Shown here: positions 27,881-38,236 of the stretch, in pieces
Numbering within the stretch: position 1 is the first letter of the stretch
Layout: every line of letters begins with the position of its first letter
Source: Myxococcota bacterium
GTDB lineage: Bacteria > Myxococcota_A > UBA9160 > UBA6930
Length of the DNA stretch: 64,000 bases
Direction: 5' to 3'
Assembly (NCBI GenBank): GCA_965223705.1
Contig: OZ245015.1
Coordinates: forward strand, 2,016,001-2,080,000
Position numbers and translations under genes: made by a program
Notes under the pieces: model-generated
Database searches by the model: none
What the model saw: the letters and a program-made list of their open reading frames with translations, nothing else
Told to the model about the DNA's origin: nothing

Positions 27881-29455
27881 ATGGATGCTTGGAATCTCGT
27901 GACAAGCGCCGAGATGCGCGAGCGGGATCGCTTTACCGTAGAGACGCTCGGCGTTCCCGCCGAGGTCTTGATGGAGTGCGCCGGTCTCGAGTTGGCGCGC
28001 CGCGCTGCTCGGTTGCGCCCCGGGCGAGGCACCATCGCCGTGTTCGTCGGACCCGGCAACAACGGCGGTGATGGCTGGGTCGCCGCACGACACCTCCACC
28101 ATTGGGGATTGCCGGTCGTCGTCGTCGCGGTCTCCGATCCACCGCTCGGCGAAGACAGCCCCGCTGCCGCAAACCGACGACGCGCACGGCGGGTTGGCGT
28201 TCGCGAGGAGACGCTCGCGACGTGCCCGCCGGCGACCGTGTTCGTCGACGCCCTGCTCGGAACCGGGGTCAATCGTCCGCTCGAGGGAGCGATTGCAGAC
28301 GCCGTCGGCTGGCTGAACCGCCGCTCGCAGGAGGCCGTTGTTCTCGCTGCCGATCTCCCGACGGGGGTCGACGCCGACACCGGCGCGGTTCGGAGCGAAG
28401 CCGTCCGCGCGGACGAAACCTTGGCCTTCGGCGCGCCGAAAATCGGCCTGACGTGGCCCCCCGGCCGCGACCACTGCGGCCGGATTTCAGTCGCGGGAAT
28501 CGGCATCCCCCGTGAAATCTCGTCGTTGCCACCGGCGGCGCGGATGTTGACGGCCCGCGGCGCGGCGGATCGGGTGCCCGACCGGATGGCGGCGTCTCAC
28601 AAGGGGACGTTCGGACATGTTCTCGTGGTCGCAGGCTCCCCCGGCATGAGTGGCGCGGCGGCGCTCGCTGCCGACGGGGCACTCCGCGTCGGAGCCGGAC
28701 GCATCACCGTCGGGTGCCCGGAACCGATCCATGCCGTTCTCGAAATGAAGTGCACGGAGGCGATGACCGTCGGGCTTCCCGCTACCGACCTCGGTGGCTT
28801 CTCGCGCGACAGCCTTCCTGAGCTACGCAAGCTCGCCGAGGCACGGGATGTGCTCGTCGTCGGTCCCGGCATCGCGCGCGCGACCGATGCCGGCGACGTC
28901 GTTCGCGCCATCCTTCGAGAGATCGCACGTCCCGTCGTCGTCGACGCAGACGCCCTTTACGCCGTCGCCGCGGCCCCGGATCTCTGCCAAGGGCGCGAGA
29001 GCCCCACGGTGATCACCCCGCACCCTGGAGAAGCAGCTCACCTGCTGGGAATCGACGCCGCCGAGGTGAACCGGGACCGCAGGGCGGCCGCCGAGGAACT
29101 GGCGACGCGCTTCGGCGCGACGGCGGTGTTGAAAGGTGCTGGGACCGTGATCGCCGACCCGGCCGGTGAGGTGTGGATCAACCCGACGGGCGGGCCTGCG
29201 CTCGCCACGGGTGGTACCGGCGACGTCCTGGCCGGAGCCGTGGGCGGCTTGCTCGCACAGGGGTGCGACGCCGTGACGGCGGCGGCACTGGCGGCCTATC
29301 TTCACGGGCTCGCGGCGGACCGGATGGCCACCGCGGTCGGGCTGCGTGCCGGAGATCTGGCGGACGCGTTGCCCGAGGCGCTCGCGTATGTTCGAGGAGT
29401 TTCCGGTCAAGCGACCGAAATGATTGAGGATCCTCATGTATTGGCTTTCCCGTAG
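27881..29455 (+). CDS. nnr: Bifunctional NAD(P)HX epimerase/dehydratase
   Basis: LMECAG, GPGNNGGDG, VDALLGTG, SHKGTFG, VDADAL, TPHPGE, LATGGTGDVL. Confidence 0.95.
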   Translation: MDAWNLVTSAEMRERDRFTVETLGVPAEVLMECAGLELARRAARLRPGRGTIAVFVGPGNNGGDGWVAARHLHHWGLPVVVVAVSDPPLGEDSPAAANRRRARRVGVREETLATCPPATVFVDALLGTGVNRPLEGAIADAVGWLNRRSQEAVVLAADLPTGVDADTGAVRSEAVRADETLAFGAPKIGLTWPPGRDHCGRISVAGIGIPREISSLPPAARMLTARGAADRVPDRMAASHKGTFGHVLVVAGSPGMSGAAALAADGALRVGAGRITVGCPEPIHAVLEMKCTEAMTVGLPATDLGGFSRDSLPELRKLAEARDVLVVGPGIARATDAGDVVRAILREIARPVVVDADALYAVAAAPDLCQGRESPTVITPHPGEAAHLLGIDAAEVNRDRRAAAEELATRFGATAVLKGAGTVIADPAGEVWINPTGGPALATGGTGDVLAGAVGGLLAQGCDAVTAAALAAYLHGLAADRMATAVGLRAGDLADALPEALAYVRGVSGQATEMIEDPHVLAFP

Positions 29456-29906
29456 CCCTGCGCAAACCCTCGAGGCCGGTGCTCGTATTGCCGCGTGTCT
29501 CGAGGGGCACGGGGCCCTGGTGAGCCTCGAGGGGCCACTCGGCGCGGGCAAGACGGTCCTGGCAAAAGGGATCGCCGCCGGTCTCGGCATCGATCCCGAC
29601 GGCGTGGCGAGTCCAACTTTCGTCATCGCGAACGAGTACGCGAGCGAGCGCTGCCCGCGGCTCGTTCATGCCGACCTCTACCGGTTGACGGATTCGGCCG
29701 AGCTGGACGCGGCCGGGGGACTCGACTGGCTCGCGCCGGACTGCGTTGCACTGATCGAATGGGGCGATCGCTTCCCCTCGTGGTTCCCCGAGGATCATAT
29801 TCGCGTGTCGCTGGCCCACGTCGATGCGGAGACCCGGCGCATTTCGGTCAGCGGCGGTGGAACCCGAGGCGATGCGCTCCGAGCGGCGCTCACCGGAGGC
29901 GCTTAG
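29436..29906 (+). CDS. tsaE: t6A biosynthesis ATPase TsaE
   Basis: LEGPLGAGKT, SPTF, HADLYRL, IEW. Confidence 0.92.
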   Translation: MYWLSRSPAQTLEAGARIAACLEGHGALVSLEGPLGAGKTVLAKGIAAGLGIDPDGVASPTFVIANEYASERCPRLVHADLYRLTDSAELDAAGGLDWLAPDCVALIEWGDRFPSWFPEDHIRVSLAHVDAETRRISVSGGGTRGDALRAALTGGA

Positions 29907-31148
29907 GTGGCGCTCATCGTTCAAAAGTTCGGGGGCACCAGCGTCGCGGATCCCGACCGCATCCGGAATGTCGCTCAACGCGTGCGCAAGACGGTGCTCG
30001 AGGGGAATCGCGTCGCAGTGGTCGCATCGGCCATGGCCGGAGTGACCGATCGGCTCGTCGCTCTCGGACGCGAGCTTGGCGGAGACGACGCCGAGCCGCG
30101 AGAGCTCGACGCGCTCTTCGCCACGGGAGAGCAGCAGACCGTGGCACTGCTCGCGATGCACCTGCGCAGCCTCGGCACCCCCGCTCGGTCTTTCAGCGGC
30201 GCGCAGGCGGGGATGCAGACCGACGCGGCGCACACGCGCGCGCGAATCCTCGCCATCGACACGAAGCGCGTGCAGCAGAGTCTCGATGCCGGTGAGGTGG
30301 CGGTGGTTGCGGGCTTCCAGGGGATCGGGCCCGACGGCGACACCACGACGCTGGGACGCGGCGGCTCCGATACGTCGGCGGTCGCACTCGGCGCCGCCTT
30401 GGGCGCCTCGGTGTGCGAGATCTACACGGATGTCGAAGGGGTGTACACGACGGACCCGAACCTCGTCGCGGCGGCCCGCAAGCTCCGCCGCGTTTCGTAC
30501 GAAGAAATGCTCGAGATGGCGAGCCTCGGAGCCAAGGTGCTTCAGATTCGCTCGGTGAAGTTCGCGAAGCGCTACGGGCTGCCGTTGCACGTGCGCTCCT
30601 CGTTCGTCGAAGGCGAGGGGACTTGGGTCGTTCGGGAGGAGGAAGTCGTGGAGCAGCTGGTGGTTTCGGGCGTGACCTACAACCGCAACGAGGCGAAGAT
30701 TCGCTTGCAGGGGGTCGCGGACGCTCCGGGAGTTGCGGCAAAGATCTTCGCGCCGCTCGCGGACGCGGGCATTGTCGTCGACATGATCATTCAGAACGTG
30801 AGCCAAGACGGCACCACCGATGTGACCTTCACCGTCGGTCGCGACGACTATCGGCGCGCCCTCGCCCTCGTCGAAAGCGGCGCCACGCAGTTGGCGGTGG
30901 AAGGCGTTTCCGGAGACACCGATATTTCGAAGATCTCGGTCGTGGGCGTCGGCATGCGCGATCACGCCGGCGTCGCCGCGCGCATGTTCCAGGTGCTGGC
31001 GGATGAAGGCATCAATATCCAGTTGATCACGACGAGCGAGATCAAGATCTCGGTCGCGATCGAAGAGAAGTACACCGAGCTGGCCGTCCGGGCGCTCCAC
31101 GCGGCGTTCGTCGAGGCCGGGGCGGAAGACCCTGTCGAAGAGCACTAA
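29907..31148 (+). CDS. lysC: Aspartate kinase
   Basis: VQKFGGTS, TTLGRGGSD, YTDVEGV, two ACT domains. Confidence 0.95.
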   Translation: MALIVQKFGGTSVADPDRIRNVAQRVRKTVLEGNRVAVVASAMAGVTDRLVALGRELGGDDAEPRELDALFATGEQQTVALLAMHLRSLGTPARSFSGAQAGMQTDAAHTRARILAIDTKRVQQSLDAGEVAVVAGFQGIGPDGDTTTLGRGGSDTSAVALGAALGASVCEIYTDVEGVYTTDPNLVAAARKLRRVSYEEMLEMASLGAKVLQIRSVKFAKRYGLPLHVRSSFVEGEGTWVVREEEVVEQLVVSGVTYNRNEAKIRLQGVADAPGVAAKIFAPLADAGIVVDMIIQNVSQDGTTDVTFTVGRDDYRRALALVESGATQLAVEGVSGDTDISKISVVGVGMRDHAGVAARMFQVLADEGINIQLITTSEIKISVAIEEKYTELAVRALHAAFVEAGAEDPVEEH

Positions 31149-31173
31149 CCGCGCGACCGCCCGGCTGTGGGTC

Positions 31174-31557
31174 TTGTTGTTCGCCGCCGTGGCCGGGTGG
31201 CACGCGTTTCCGGCGAGCGTCCCCGCGACGTGTGAGGGACCGGTGTCGGTCGCCGAAGGACCCGCACCGGTCGTTCACTGCAGTGGGCGTCCTCACGCCG
31301 GCACCGTTCGCGGCGCGGCGCGGCGCCTCTTCGGACTCCCCATCGACGCCAACCGCGCGACGCGGGAGACGCTCGAAACACTCCCCGGAATCGGTCCCGC
31401 ACGAGCGCGGGCTTGGCTTGCCGCACGCCTCGAGGCTCCGTTCCGCTCCTGGCGAGACCTCGAGCGGATCCGCGGGATCGGCCCGAAGCGCGCGGCGGCA
31501 TTGCGCGACGTCGTGTGTTTCGATCGGTGCGCGCCGTGCCCGGGTGTATCGTGCTGA
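31174..31557 (+). CDS. ComEA-like helix-hairpin-helix DNA-binding protein
   Basis: IDANRAT..LETLPGIGP...DLERIRGIGPK; start uncertain. Confidence 0.75.
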   Translation: MLFAAVAGWHAFPASVPATCEGPVSVAEGPAPVVHCSGRPHAGTVRGAARRLFGLPIDANRATRETLETLPGIGPARARAWLAARLEAPFRSWRDLERIRGIGPKRAAALRDVVCFDRCAPCPGVSC

Positions 31558-32966
31558 GGCCCTCGGAGGATCCGAAGCTCGCTGCGGCGTCCCAGTTCTG
31601 GTCGCGGCTGCTCGGCAACACGAAACGCGCTCCCCACGCGGCGGTCCGTTGGCTGCGCGAGTCGCTCTGGAGCTCCGAGCCGATCTCGCCGTGGCCTCTT
31701 TCCTGGCTGCGCGGCGCCCTGCAGTTCGCCGTCGTCGTCTCCCAGGGCTTCGTTCGGGATCAACTGCTCCTGCGCGCGCACTCGCTCACGTTCCTTACGG
31801 TGTTGTCCCTGGTCCCGTTGCTCGCGCTGGCCGTCTCGATGGTGACGCTCTTCGGGGTCGGGGAAGACCTCGATTTGACGCGGAAGATCCTCGCGCAGAT
31901 TGCGGCGGGGAGTCCCGAAGCGGTGGAGTGGATTCTCCCCTACGTGACGGGACTCAATTTCGGTCAGCTCGGCAGTTTGGGCGCGGGCGCGCTGTTGGCT
32001 ACGACCGTACTCACCGTCGGAGCCGTCGAACGGTCCCTGAACGCGATCTACGGGGTGCGCCAGCAACGCACCTGGGTCCGGCGGATTCCGGACTACCTCG
32101 CGGTGCTCCTCATCTCGCCGCTCGTCTTGGGAATCGCCGTTTCGCTGCGGACGAGTCTCGAGAGTCAGTGGCTTGTCGACCGCGCGTTGCAGATCCCGCT
32201 GTTCGCCGCCGCGTACGGTCTGGGACTCCAGCAAGCGGCGACGGTGTTGTTCATCGTGGGGCTCACGTTCGTCTACTGGTTCTTGCCGAACACGAGCGTC
32301 CGCCTCCGCTCGGCGCTCCTCGGCGGCCTCGTCGCGGGGCTCCTGCTGACGGCCATGCACAAGTTGTACGTCGGCTTCAACGTCGGTGTCTTCCGCTACG
32401 AAACGATCTTCGGGAGCGTCGCCTTTTTGCCGCTCCTCCTGGTTTGGATCTATCTGTCCTGGGCCGTGATCTTGCTGGGTGCCGAGGTCGCCTACGCCCA
32501 CCAGACGTTGCCGCTCTACCGGCGGGAGGTGCGCGGCGCTCCGCCTGGATCCGCGGCGCTCGAGACCGTGGGAATCGCCGTCGCCCTCGAAGTGGCGCGG
32601 GCCTTCCGGGATCGGCGTCCACCGTGGGAGGCCGAGGCGCTCTCGGATGCGTTGGACGTCCCTCTCCGCACCGTGCGCGGGGTCCTCGCGGAGCTCGAGC
32701 ACGCGGGCATCGTCGCGCCGTGCGGCTCCGAGCGACCCGACCCGGTGCAGCTGGCGCGGCCTGCAGAGACGATCGCGGTCGGCGACGTTCTCGAGGCCCT
32801 GCGGGGTTCGCGAGAAACGCGCCTGGGCGTCGAGGAGATACGCGACGCCGTCGTGGGCGTGACGGAGGCGCTCGATCGCGCTTCGGAGACGGCCGAGTCG
32901 ACCAGCCTGGCGGAGCTCCTCGACAAGCTCCCGCGCTCCGTGGACACACCGCCCGACGACGAGTAG
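31551..32966 (+). CDS. YihY/BrkB-family membrane protein with C-terminal Rrf2-like winged helix
   Basis: SLTFLTVLSLVP, LNAIYG, YWFLPN, WIYLSW..ILLGAE; LARPAETIAVGDVLEAL. Confidence 0.85.
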   Translation: MLRPSEDPKLAAASQFWSRLLGNTKRAPHAAVRWLRESLWSSEPISPWPLSWLRGALQFAVVVSQGFVRDQLLLRAHSLTFLTVLSLVPLLALAVSMVTLFGVGEDLDLTRKILAQIAAGSPEAVEWILPYVTGLNFGQLGSLGAGALLATTVLTVGAVERSLNAIYGVRQQRTWVRRIPDYLAVLLISPLVLGIAVSLRTSLESQWLVDRALQIPLFAAAYGLGLQQAATVLFIVGLTFVYWFLPNTSVRLRSALLGGLVAGLLLTAMHKLYVGFNVGVFRYETIFGSVAFLPLLLVWIYLSWAVILLGAEVAYAHQTLPLYRREVRGAPPGSAALETVGIAVALEVARAFRDRRPPWEAEALSDALDVPLRTVRGVLAELEHAGIVAPCGSERPDPVQLARPAETIAVGDVLEALRGSRETRLGVEEIRDAVVGVTEALDRASETAESTSLAELLDKLPRSVDTPPDDE

Positions 32967-32978
32967 CGTCGCCGGACC

Positions 32979-34121
32979 GTGCGAATCTATCTCGACCACA
33001 ACGCAACCACGCCCATTCGGCCGGAAGTCGTCGACGCCATGGAGCGCGTTCTCCGCGATTGCTTCGGCAACCCGTCGAGCACCCACGCCGAGGGTCGCGA
33101 AGCGAAACGCGAGCTCGACGCCGCGCGGGAACGCGTGGCGTCCCTGTTGCGCGTGCCGGGGCGGGCGCTCGTCTTCACAGGCAGTGCGACGGAAGCGAAC
33201 AACGCCGCTATCGCCCATGCGGCGGCCGCGCGGCCCGGTCGCCCCCTCGCGGCGACGACGGCGGAACACCCGTCGGTCGAAGAGCCGCTGGCCGATCTCG
33301 AGGCCCAGGGGCGGGAAATCATTCGCATTCCCGTCGACGGCGATGGCTTGCTCGATCTCGGCGCACTCGACGCGGCGCTCTCTCGGGAGCCGGCGCTGTT
33401 GTCCGTTATCTGGGCCAACAACGAAACGGGGACGCTCCAGCCGGTCGTCGAAATCGCCGAGCGCGCCGCGGAACACGGGGTGCCGCTTCACCTCGATGCG
33501 ACCCAGGCGATCGGCAAGATTCCGGTGTGCCTCGACGGAATCGAGGCGGCTTTTGTCTCCGGTTCCGCACACAAGTTCAACGGTCCGAAAGGGTCGGGCT
33601 TTCTCGTCGTCCGCGATCCGGTGGCCTTCACGGGTCTCTTGCGGGGCGGACCACAGGAAGCGCGACGCCGGGGCGGAACGGAAAACCTCGCCGGCATCGT
33701 CGGGCTCGGTATTGCGGCGGAGCTCGCCGAGAGGGAACTCGAAAGTCGAGAGAACGCGTACGGCGCACTGCGCGACGCGCTGTGGGCGGGCATTCGCGAA
33801 CGCGTTCCGCGCGTTCGCCGGAACGGCGCGGAAGCCGCGGCGTTGCCCAACACGGTGAACGTCGAGTTCCGAGACACGCCGGGCGACATCGCGCTCCAGG
33901 CTCTCGACCTCGAGGGCATCAGCGTCTCGGCCGGCGCCGCGTGCGCATCGGGATCGATCTCTCCGTCGCGGGTGCTGGTGGCGATGGGTCGATCCACCGC
34001 CGAGGCACACGGCGCGCTCCGGTTCTCGGTCGGTTGGGGCACCGAGCCCGCACACATCGAGCGCACGTTGGCTGTGCTTCCCGATGTGATCGAGCGCGCG
34101 CGAGGGGCGAGCGCCGCGTGA
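32979..34121 (+). CDS. iscS: Cysteine desulfurase (IscS/NifS family)
   Basis: YLDHNATT, ANNETG, SAHKFNGPKG, SAGAACASG. Confidence 0.88.
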   Translation: MRIYLDHNATTPIRPEVVDAMERVLRDCFGNPSSTHAEGREAKRELDAARERVASLLRVPGRALVFTGSATEANNAAIAHAAAARPGRPLAATTAEHPSVEEPLADLEAQGREIIRIPVDGDGLLDLGALDAALSREPALLSVIWANNETGTLQPVVEIAERAAEHGVPLHLDATQAIGKIPVCLDGIEAAFVSGSAHKFNGPKGSGFLVVRDPVAFTGLLRGGPQEARRRGGTENLAGIVGLGIAAELAERELESRENAYGALRDALWAGIRERVPRVRRNGAEAAALPNTVNVEFRDTPGDIALQALDLEGISVSAGAACASGSISPSRVLVAMGRSTAEAHGALRFSVGWGTEPAHIERTLAVLPDVIERARGASAA

Positions 34122-35173
34122 GCCGGGTAGTGGTCGGCATGTCGGGCGGCGTGGATTCCTCCGTTGCGGCAGCGCTCCTCGTCGAGGCCGGTCACGAAGT
34201 GATCGGTGTGACGATGCACCTCGCCGGGAGTACGAGCCGCTGCTGCTCCATCGACGACGCCGACGATGCGCGCCGGGTCGCAGCGAAACTCGATATCCCG
34301 TTTTTCGTCGCGAACTACACCGACGCGTTCCGCCGAGAGGTGATGGAGCCCTTCGCCGATGCGTATCTCGCCGGCGAGACGCCGATCCCGTGCGTGGCCT
34401 GCAACAAGCGCTTCAAATTCGACTTGCTCCTCGCGCGGGCAGAAGCGCTCGGTGCGGGGTACGTCGCCACGGGTCACTACGCTCGGATCGCCGGCGACGC
34501 CGACGCGGGCTTCACGCTGCATCGGGCCCGCGATGCCGCGAAGGACCAGTCGTATTTTCTTTATAGCCTGTCTCAAGAACAGCTTTCTAAATCCCTATTT
34601 CCGCTGGGAAATCTCGACAAGAATGAGGTCCGTTCTCAAGCGCGACGGTTCGGTCTCGAGAACGCCGACAAACCGGAGAGCCAGGAAATTTGCTTCGTGC
34701 CCGACAACGACTACGCACGGGTCGTCGCCGAGCTTCGTCCCGACGCGCTGCCGGGCGATGGGCCGATCGTCGAGGAAGACGGCACCACCATCGGTCGCCA
34801 CCCCGGCGTGCAGCACTTCACCGTCGGCCAACGGCGAGGGCTCGGCATTTCTTCCCTGGGCAAGCGGTACGTGACACGGATCGATGCCGATGCGAACCGC
34901 GTGGTGGTCGGCGACGGCGAGCGGCTGGCGCATCGGGAGGCGATCGCTGGCAAGGTCAGCTGGACCGATGACGTCGGACCGGACCAGCCACTGCGCGCTC
35001 GCGTGCGGGTGCGGCACAAACACGTGCCGGTGGCTGCCACGCTCACGCCCGACGGTGAATCGGTGCGGATGTCGTTCGACGAGCCGATTCGCGCGGTAAC
35101 GCCCGGACAGGCGGCGGTCTTCTACCAGGCGGATCGGGTTCTCGGAGGCGGCACGATTCGGGAAGCGCGGTGA
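34118..35173 (+). CDS. mnmA: tRNA 2-thiouridine(34) synthase
   Basis: GMSGGVDSS, PCVACN, ATGHY, KDQSYFL, SQEICF, TPGQ; GTG overlapping iscS stop. Confidence 0.95.
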   Translation: MSRVVVGMSGGVDSSVAAALLVEAGHEVIGVTMHLAGSTSRCCSIDDADDARRVAAKLDIPFFVANYTDAFRREVMEPFADAYLAGETPIPCVACNKRFKFDLLLARAEALGAGYVATGHYARIAGDADAGFTLHRARDAAKDQSYFLYSLSQEQLSKSLFPLGNLDKNEVRSQARRFGLENADKPESQEICFVPDNDYARVVAELRPDALPGDGPIVEEDGTTIGRHPGVQHFTVGQRRGLGISSLGKRYVTRIDADANRVVVGDGERLAHREAIAGKVSWTDDVGPDQPLRARVRVRHKHVPVAATLTPDGESVRMSFDEPIRAVTPGQAAVFYQADRVLGGGTIREAR

Positions 35174-35871
35174 GTCTCGCCGAACTCGCGGCGCGCCTCG
35201 GCCTGTCCGCCGCCGACGACCACGCGTGGCTTGAGCCCGCGCTCGAGCACCCGTCCTACGCGCACGAACGTCGCGGAGATCGCGGCAACGAACGCCTGGA
35301 ATTCCTGGGCGACGCGGCGCTCGACCTCGTCGTGAGTGACCTCTTGTTCAGCGAACATCCCGAGTGGGACGAAGGGCGGCTCACCCGCGCTCGCGCTTCG
35401 CTGGTCAACACCAAGGCGTTGGCGTCGCGTGCGAGGGCCATCGAGCTCGGGCGACACGTGCGGCTCGGCCGAACGGAACTGCGCGGCCGTGGGGAAGAGA
35501 AAACACGGATCCTCGCGAACGTCTTTGAGGCACTGGTCGGCGCGAGCTACCTCGCCCAGGGCTACGAGTCGACACGGACGCTTGTCGTGCATCTGTTTGG
35601 CGAACAGCTCCGAGACCCCGCCCTCGGAATGACACGCGATCCCAAAACCGAGCTGCAGGAATGGGCGCACGCGGAACTGGCACAGACGCCGCGCTACGCC
35701 TTGTTGTCGGACAGCGGGGTCGATGAAGCGTCCGATCGGTTCGAAGTCGCGGTGAAGCTCGGCGGGGACGTGGTGGCCACGGCGACCGGGCGCTCCAAGC
35801 GAGAAGCCGAACGCGCCGCGGCCACGGCCGCCCTCCGCTCTTCGCGCGCAGAGCCGGACGCCGAGAAATGA
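35170..35871 (+). CDS. rnc: Ribonuclease III
   Basis: NERLEFLGDA, FEALVGA, dsRBD DPKTELQE...SKREAE. Confidence 0.95.
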   Translation: MSLAELAARLGLSAADDHAWLEPALEHPSYAHERRGDRGNERLEFLGDAALDLVVSDLLFSEHPEWDEGRLTRARASLVNTKALASRARAIELGRHVRLGRTELRGRGEEKTRILANVFEALVGASYLAQGYESTRTLVVHLFGEQLRDPALGMTRDPKTELQEWAHAELAQTPRYALLSDSGVDEASDRFEVAVKLGGDVVATATGRSKREAERAAATAALRSSRAEPDAEK

Positions 35872-36746
35872 GCGGTGCGCACCGTGCGGGCTTGGTCGCC
35901 ATCCTCGGACGGCCGAATGCCGGCAAGTCAACGCTCTTGAATCGTCTCCTCGGCCAGAAACTCGCCATTGTCACACGCAAGCCGCAGACCACGCGCAGTC
36001 GCATTTTGGGCATTGTGACCCGCGACGACGCGCAGCTACTGCTGCTCGATACACCGGGCTTTCACGAGAGCGAGAAGCCCCTCAACAAAGTGTTGAACGC
36101 GGTCGTCGACGATGCCGCTCGCGACTGCGACGTCGCCCTCGTTCTAGTCGATCCGCGCCGCGGCTGCGACGACGGCCACCGGAAACTCTGCGCTCAGCTT
36201 TCCGAAAGGCGCGTTCCCGTGATCGTCGCCGCGACGCAAATCGATCGCCGCGCTGCGGCCGATGCTCCGTGGCCACCGACACTGGACGGTGTCGAGGCGA
36301 CGCCGCGAATTTCCGCGCGAACCGGGGAGGGCACCGAAGCGCTTCTCGCTCTCCTCGCGTCGAAGCTGCCGGAAAGCCCGCGCCTTTACCCCGAGGACGA
36401 CCTGACGGATCGCCCGCTCCGCTTCTTCGCCGCCGAGCTCATCCGCGAAGCGACGTTCGAAGCCTTGTCGGAAGAGTTGCCCTACAGCATTGCGGTGGAA
36501 ATCCGGAGCTTCGACGAGTCCGATCCCGCCATGATCCGAATCCACGCGGATCTCCTGGTGGAGCGCGCCTCCCAAAAAGCGATTGTGCTGGGCAAAGGGG
36601 GATCGAGGATCAAGCAGATCGGGCGGGCGGCACGCCTCGAACTCGAAGCCCTGCTCGAAACGCGTGTCTACCTCGAGTTGTTCGTGCGGTGCGAGCCGCG
36701 ATGGGCCAGAAAGGCCGCGAGAGTTCGCGCCCTCGGGTATCACTGA
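35868..36746 (+). CDS. era: GTPase Era
   Basis: GRPNAGKST, QTTR, DTPG, EELPYS, KH motif GKGGSRIK. Confidence 0.95.
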   Translation: MSGAHRAGLVAILGRPNAGKSTLLNRLLGQKLAIVTRKPQTTRSRILGIVTRDDAQLLLLDTPGFHESEKPLNKVLNAVVDDAARDCDVALVLVDPRRGCDDGHRKLCAQLSERRVPVIVAATQIDRRAAADAPWPPTLDGVEATPRISARTGEGTEALLALLASKLPESPRLYPEDDLTDRPLRFFAAELIREATFEALSEELPYSIAVEIRSFDESDPAMIRIHADLLVERASQKAIVLGKGGSRIKQIGRAARLELEALLETRVYLELFVRCEPRWARKAARVRALGYH

Positions 36747-38227
36747 GTTGTCGCGCTCGCCGCCACCCGGCGAACGAGCGCGAAGTAGACCGCGGCAGCC
36801 ACGGCTGCGAGCAGGCCGATCCACAGGCCATAGAGCGCGGGGTCCGTGGGTTTCGGACTGGGGACCGTCCCCGCGACGCCGGTCGCCGCGAGCCCGGCGG
36901 CACCCGCGCAGGCGAGATAGATGAGCAGCGGTGCCAGCAACGGGCCTCGGGTGACGCCCTGACGCGCGAGCCAGATGTGGAGGATCGGGAGGCCGATGAC
37001 GGCGTTCAAGCTCGTGACGGCCGCGAGCCCGGCGACGCCGAAGCGCGGCGCGAGCCACGCATCGAGGACGGCGTTGAGAGCGATGGGAATGATGCCCAGA
37101 AACCAGACCGCTGCGCCGAGGTTTCCCGACGCGATGCACGCGCGCGCAAGAATGCTTCCCCAGACACCGAAAACGACAATTCCCGAGAGGGCCCACAGGC
37201 AGTGCGTCACGGTCATCCTCGCGGCATCGGCTTCTTCCGGACCGAGCAGGAACGTCGCGAGGTCGAAACCCAGGAGCGCGACCAAGAGCGCCGCGGGTAC
37301 CGACAGGGCGAAGCCCGCCAAGGTCGCTCGACGTGTCTCGTCTGCGAACTGGCGCCACGCGCCGCGCGCGGCCGCCTGTGAGAGCGATGCGAAGACGAGG
37401 CCGGACACCGGCGCGACAAGTACGGCTTGGAGCAGCGCGACGCCCCGCGTGGCGTAGCCGAATAGGGCGAGTTCGCCGCTGTGAAGCGAAGCGGCGAAAA
37501 AGGCATCGACGGTGAGATTCACCCGAGCAGAACCCGCGATGAGAAGGACGGGTACGACACCCACCAGACCGAGCGCGGTCTTCGAGCGGAGCGAAAACAT
37601 GTCGCGAAGCGAGAGTCCCGCGAGCCGGAAGCACCACGGAAGTGTGAGAAACGTCGCGACGGTCTGTGCCCAGACCATCGCAGGCAGCGCATCGTCGGGT
37701 GGGGCTGTGAGGAAGCAGACGAGCGACGCGGCCGCTGCGAGAGGCGAGAACGACGCGCACAGGAGATGGCGGCCGCGAAGCGCAGCGCTTTGGATGAGCG
37801 CCGCGACAAGACCGGCGGGAGCGGCTCCCAAGGCCAGCGGTGGCAGCAAACGAATCGCTTCGTGACGGGCGCTCGCGCTGAGGCCCGGTGTAAACGCGTC
37901 GATCATCCAAGCGGGAAACAAGGCGACCGCGCCGATGGCACAGCCGAGGAGCGCAAAGCGTCGGGCGAGCCCGGCCAATCCCTCCTTGAAGGCGCATTCC
38001 CCGCCAGTCTCCCGCAGCTTCGCGAGTTCCGGCATGGCGAGTTGGCCGGCGACCGCGACCAGGAGCGCCGCCGCCAAGGCCGGAATGTTCTGGGCGGCCA
38101 CCCAGCCGTCGACCACGGAGTCGGCGCCGAGGCGCCTCGCCACGGCGAACTGCGCCGCCAACGCAGCGACTTGACCCAAAAGCGCAATCGACGACAGGGC
38201 GTGGCCCCGAGCGAGCAGACGTCGCAT
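36740..38227 (-). CDS. MurJ/MviN-like flippase (MOP superfamily)
   Basis: About 13-14 hydrophobic segments, LGADSVVD, FTPG, VDAFFAASL, FGVAGLA. Confidence 0.65.
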   Translation of the reverse strand: MRRLLARGHALSSIALLGQVAALAAQFAVARRLGADSVVDGWVAAQNIPALAAALLVAVAGQLAMPELAKLRETGGECAFKEGLAGLARRFALLGCAIGAVALFPAWMIDAFTPGLSASARHEAIRLLPPLALGAAPAGLVAALIQSAALRGRHLLCASFSPLAAAASLVCFLTAPPDDALPAMVWAQTVATFLTLPWCFRLAGLSLRDMFSLRSKTALGLVGVVPVLLIAGSARVNLTVDAFFAASLHSGELALFGYATRGVALLQAVLVAPVSGLVFASLSQAAARGAWRQFADETRRATLAGFALSVPAALLVALLGFDLATFLLGPEEADAARMTVTHCLWALSGIVVFGVWGSILARACIASGNLGAAVWFLGIIPIALNAVLDAWLAPRFGVAGLAAVTSLNAVIGLPILHIWLARQGVTRGPLLAPLLIYLACAGAAGLAATGVAGTVPSPKPTDPALYGLWIGLLAAVAAAVYFALVRRVAASATTQ

Positions 38228-38236
38228 GGCCGCTCG

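Noticed and set aside
31232..34117. Apparent 1313-aa MnmA; likewise the 1436-aa DnaE (59585) and 620-aa deaminase (8876)
   Set aside because: The extensions are Arg/Pro/Gly-rich alternate frames of real neighbouring genes; plausible starts exist at 34118, 60389 and 9716
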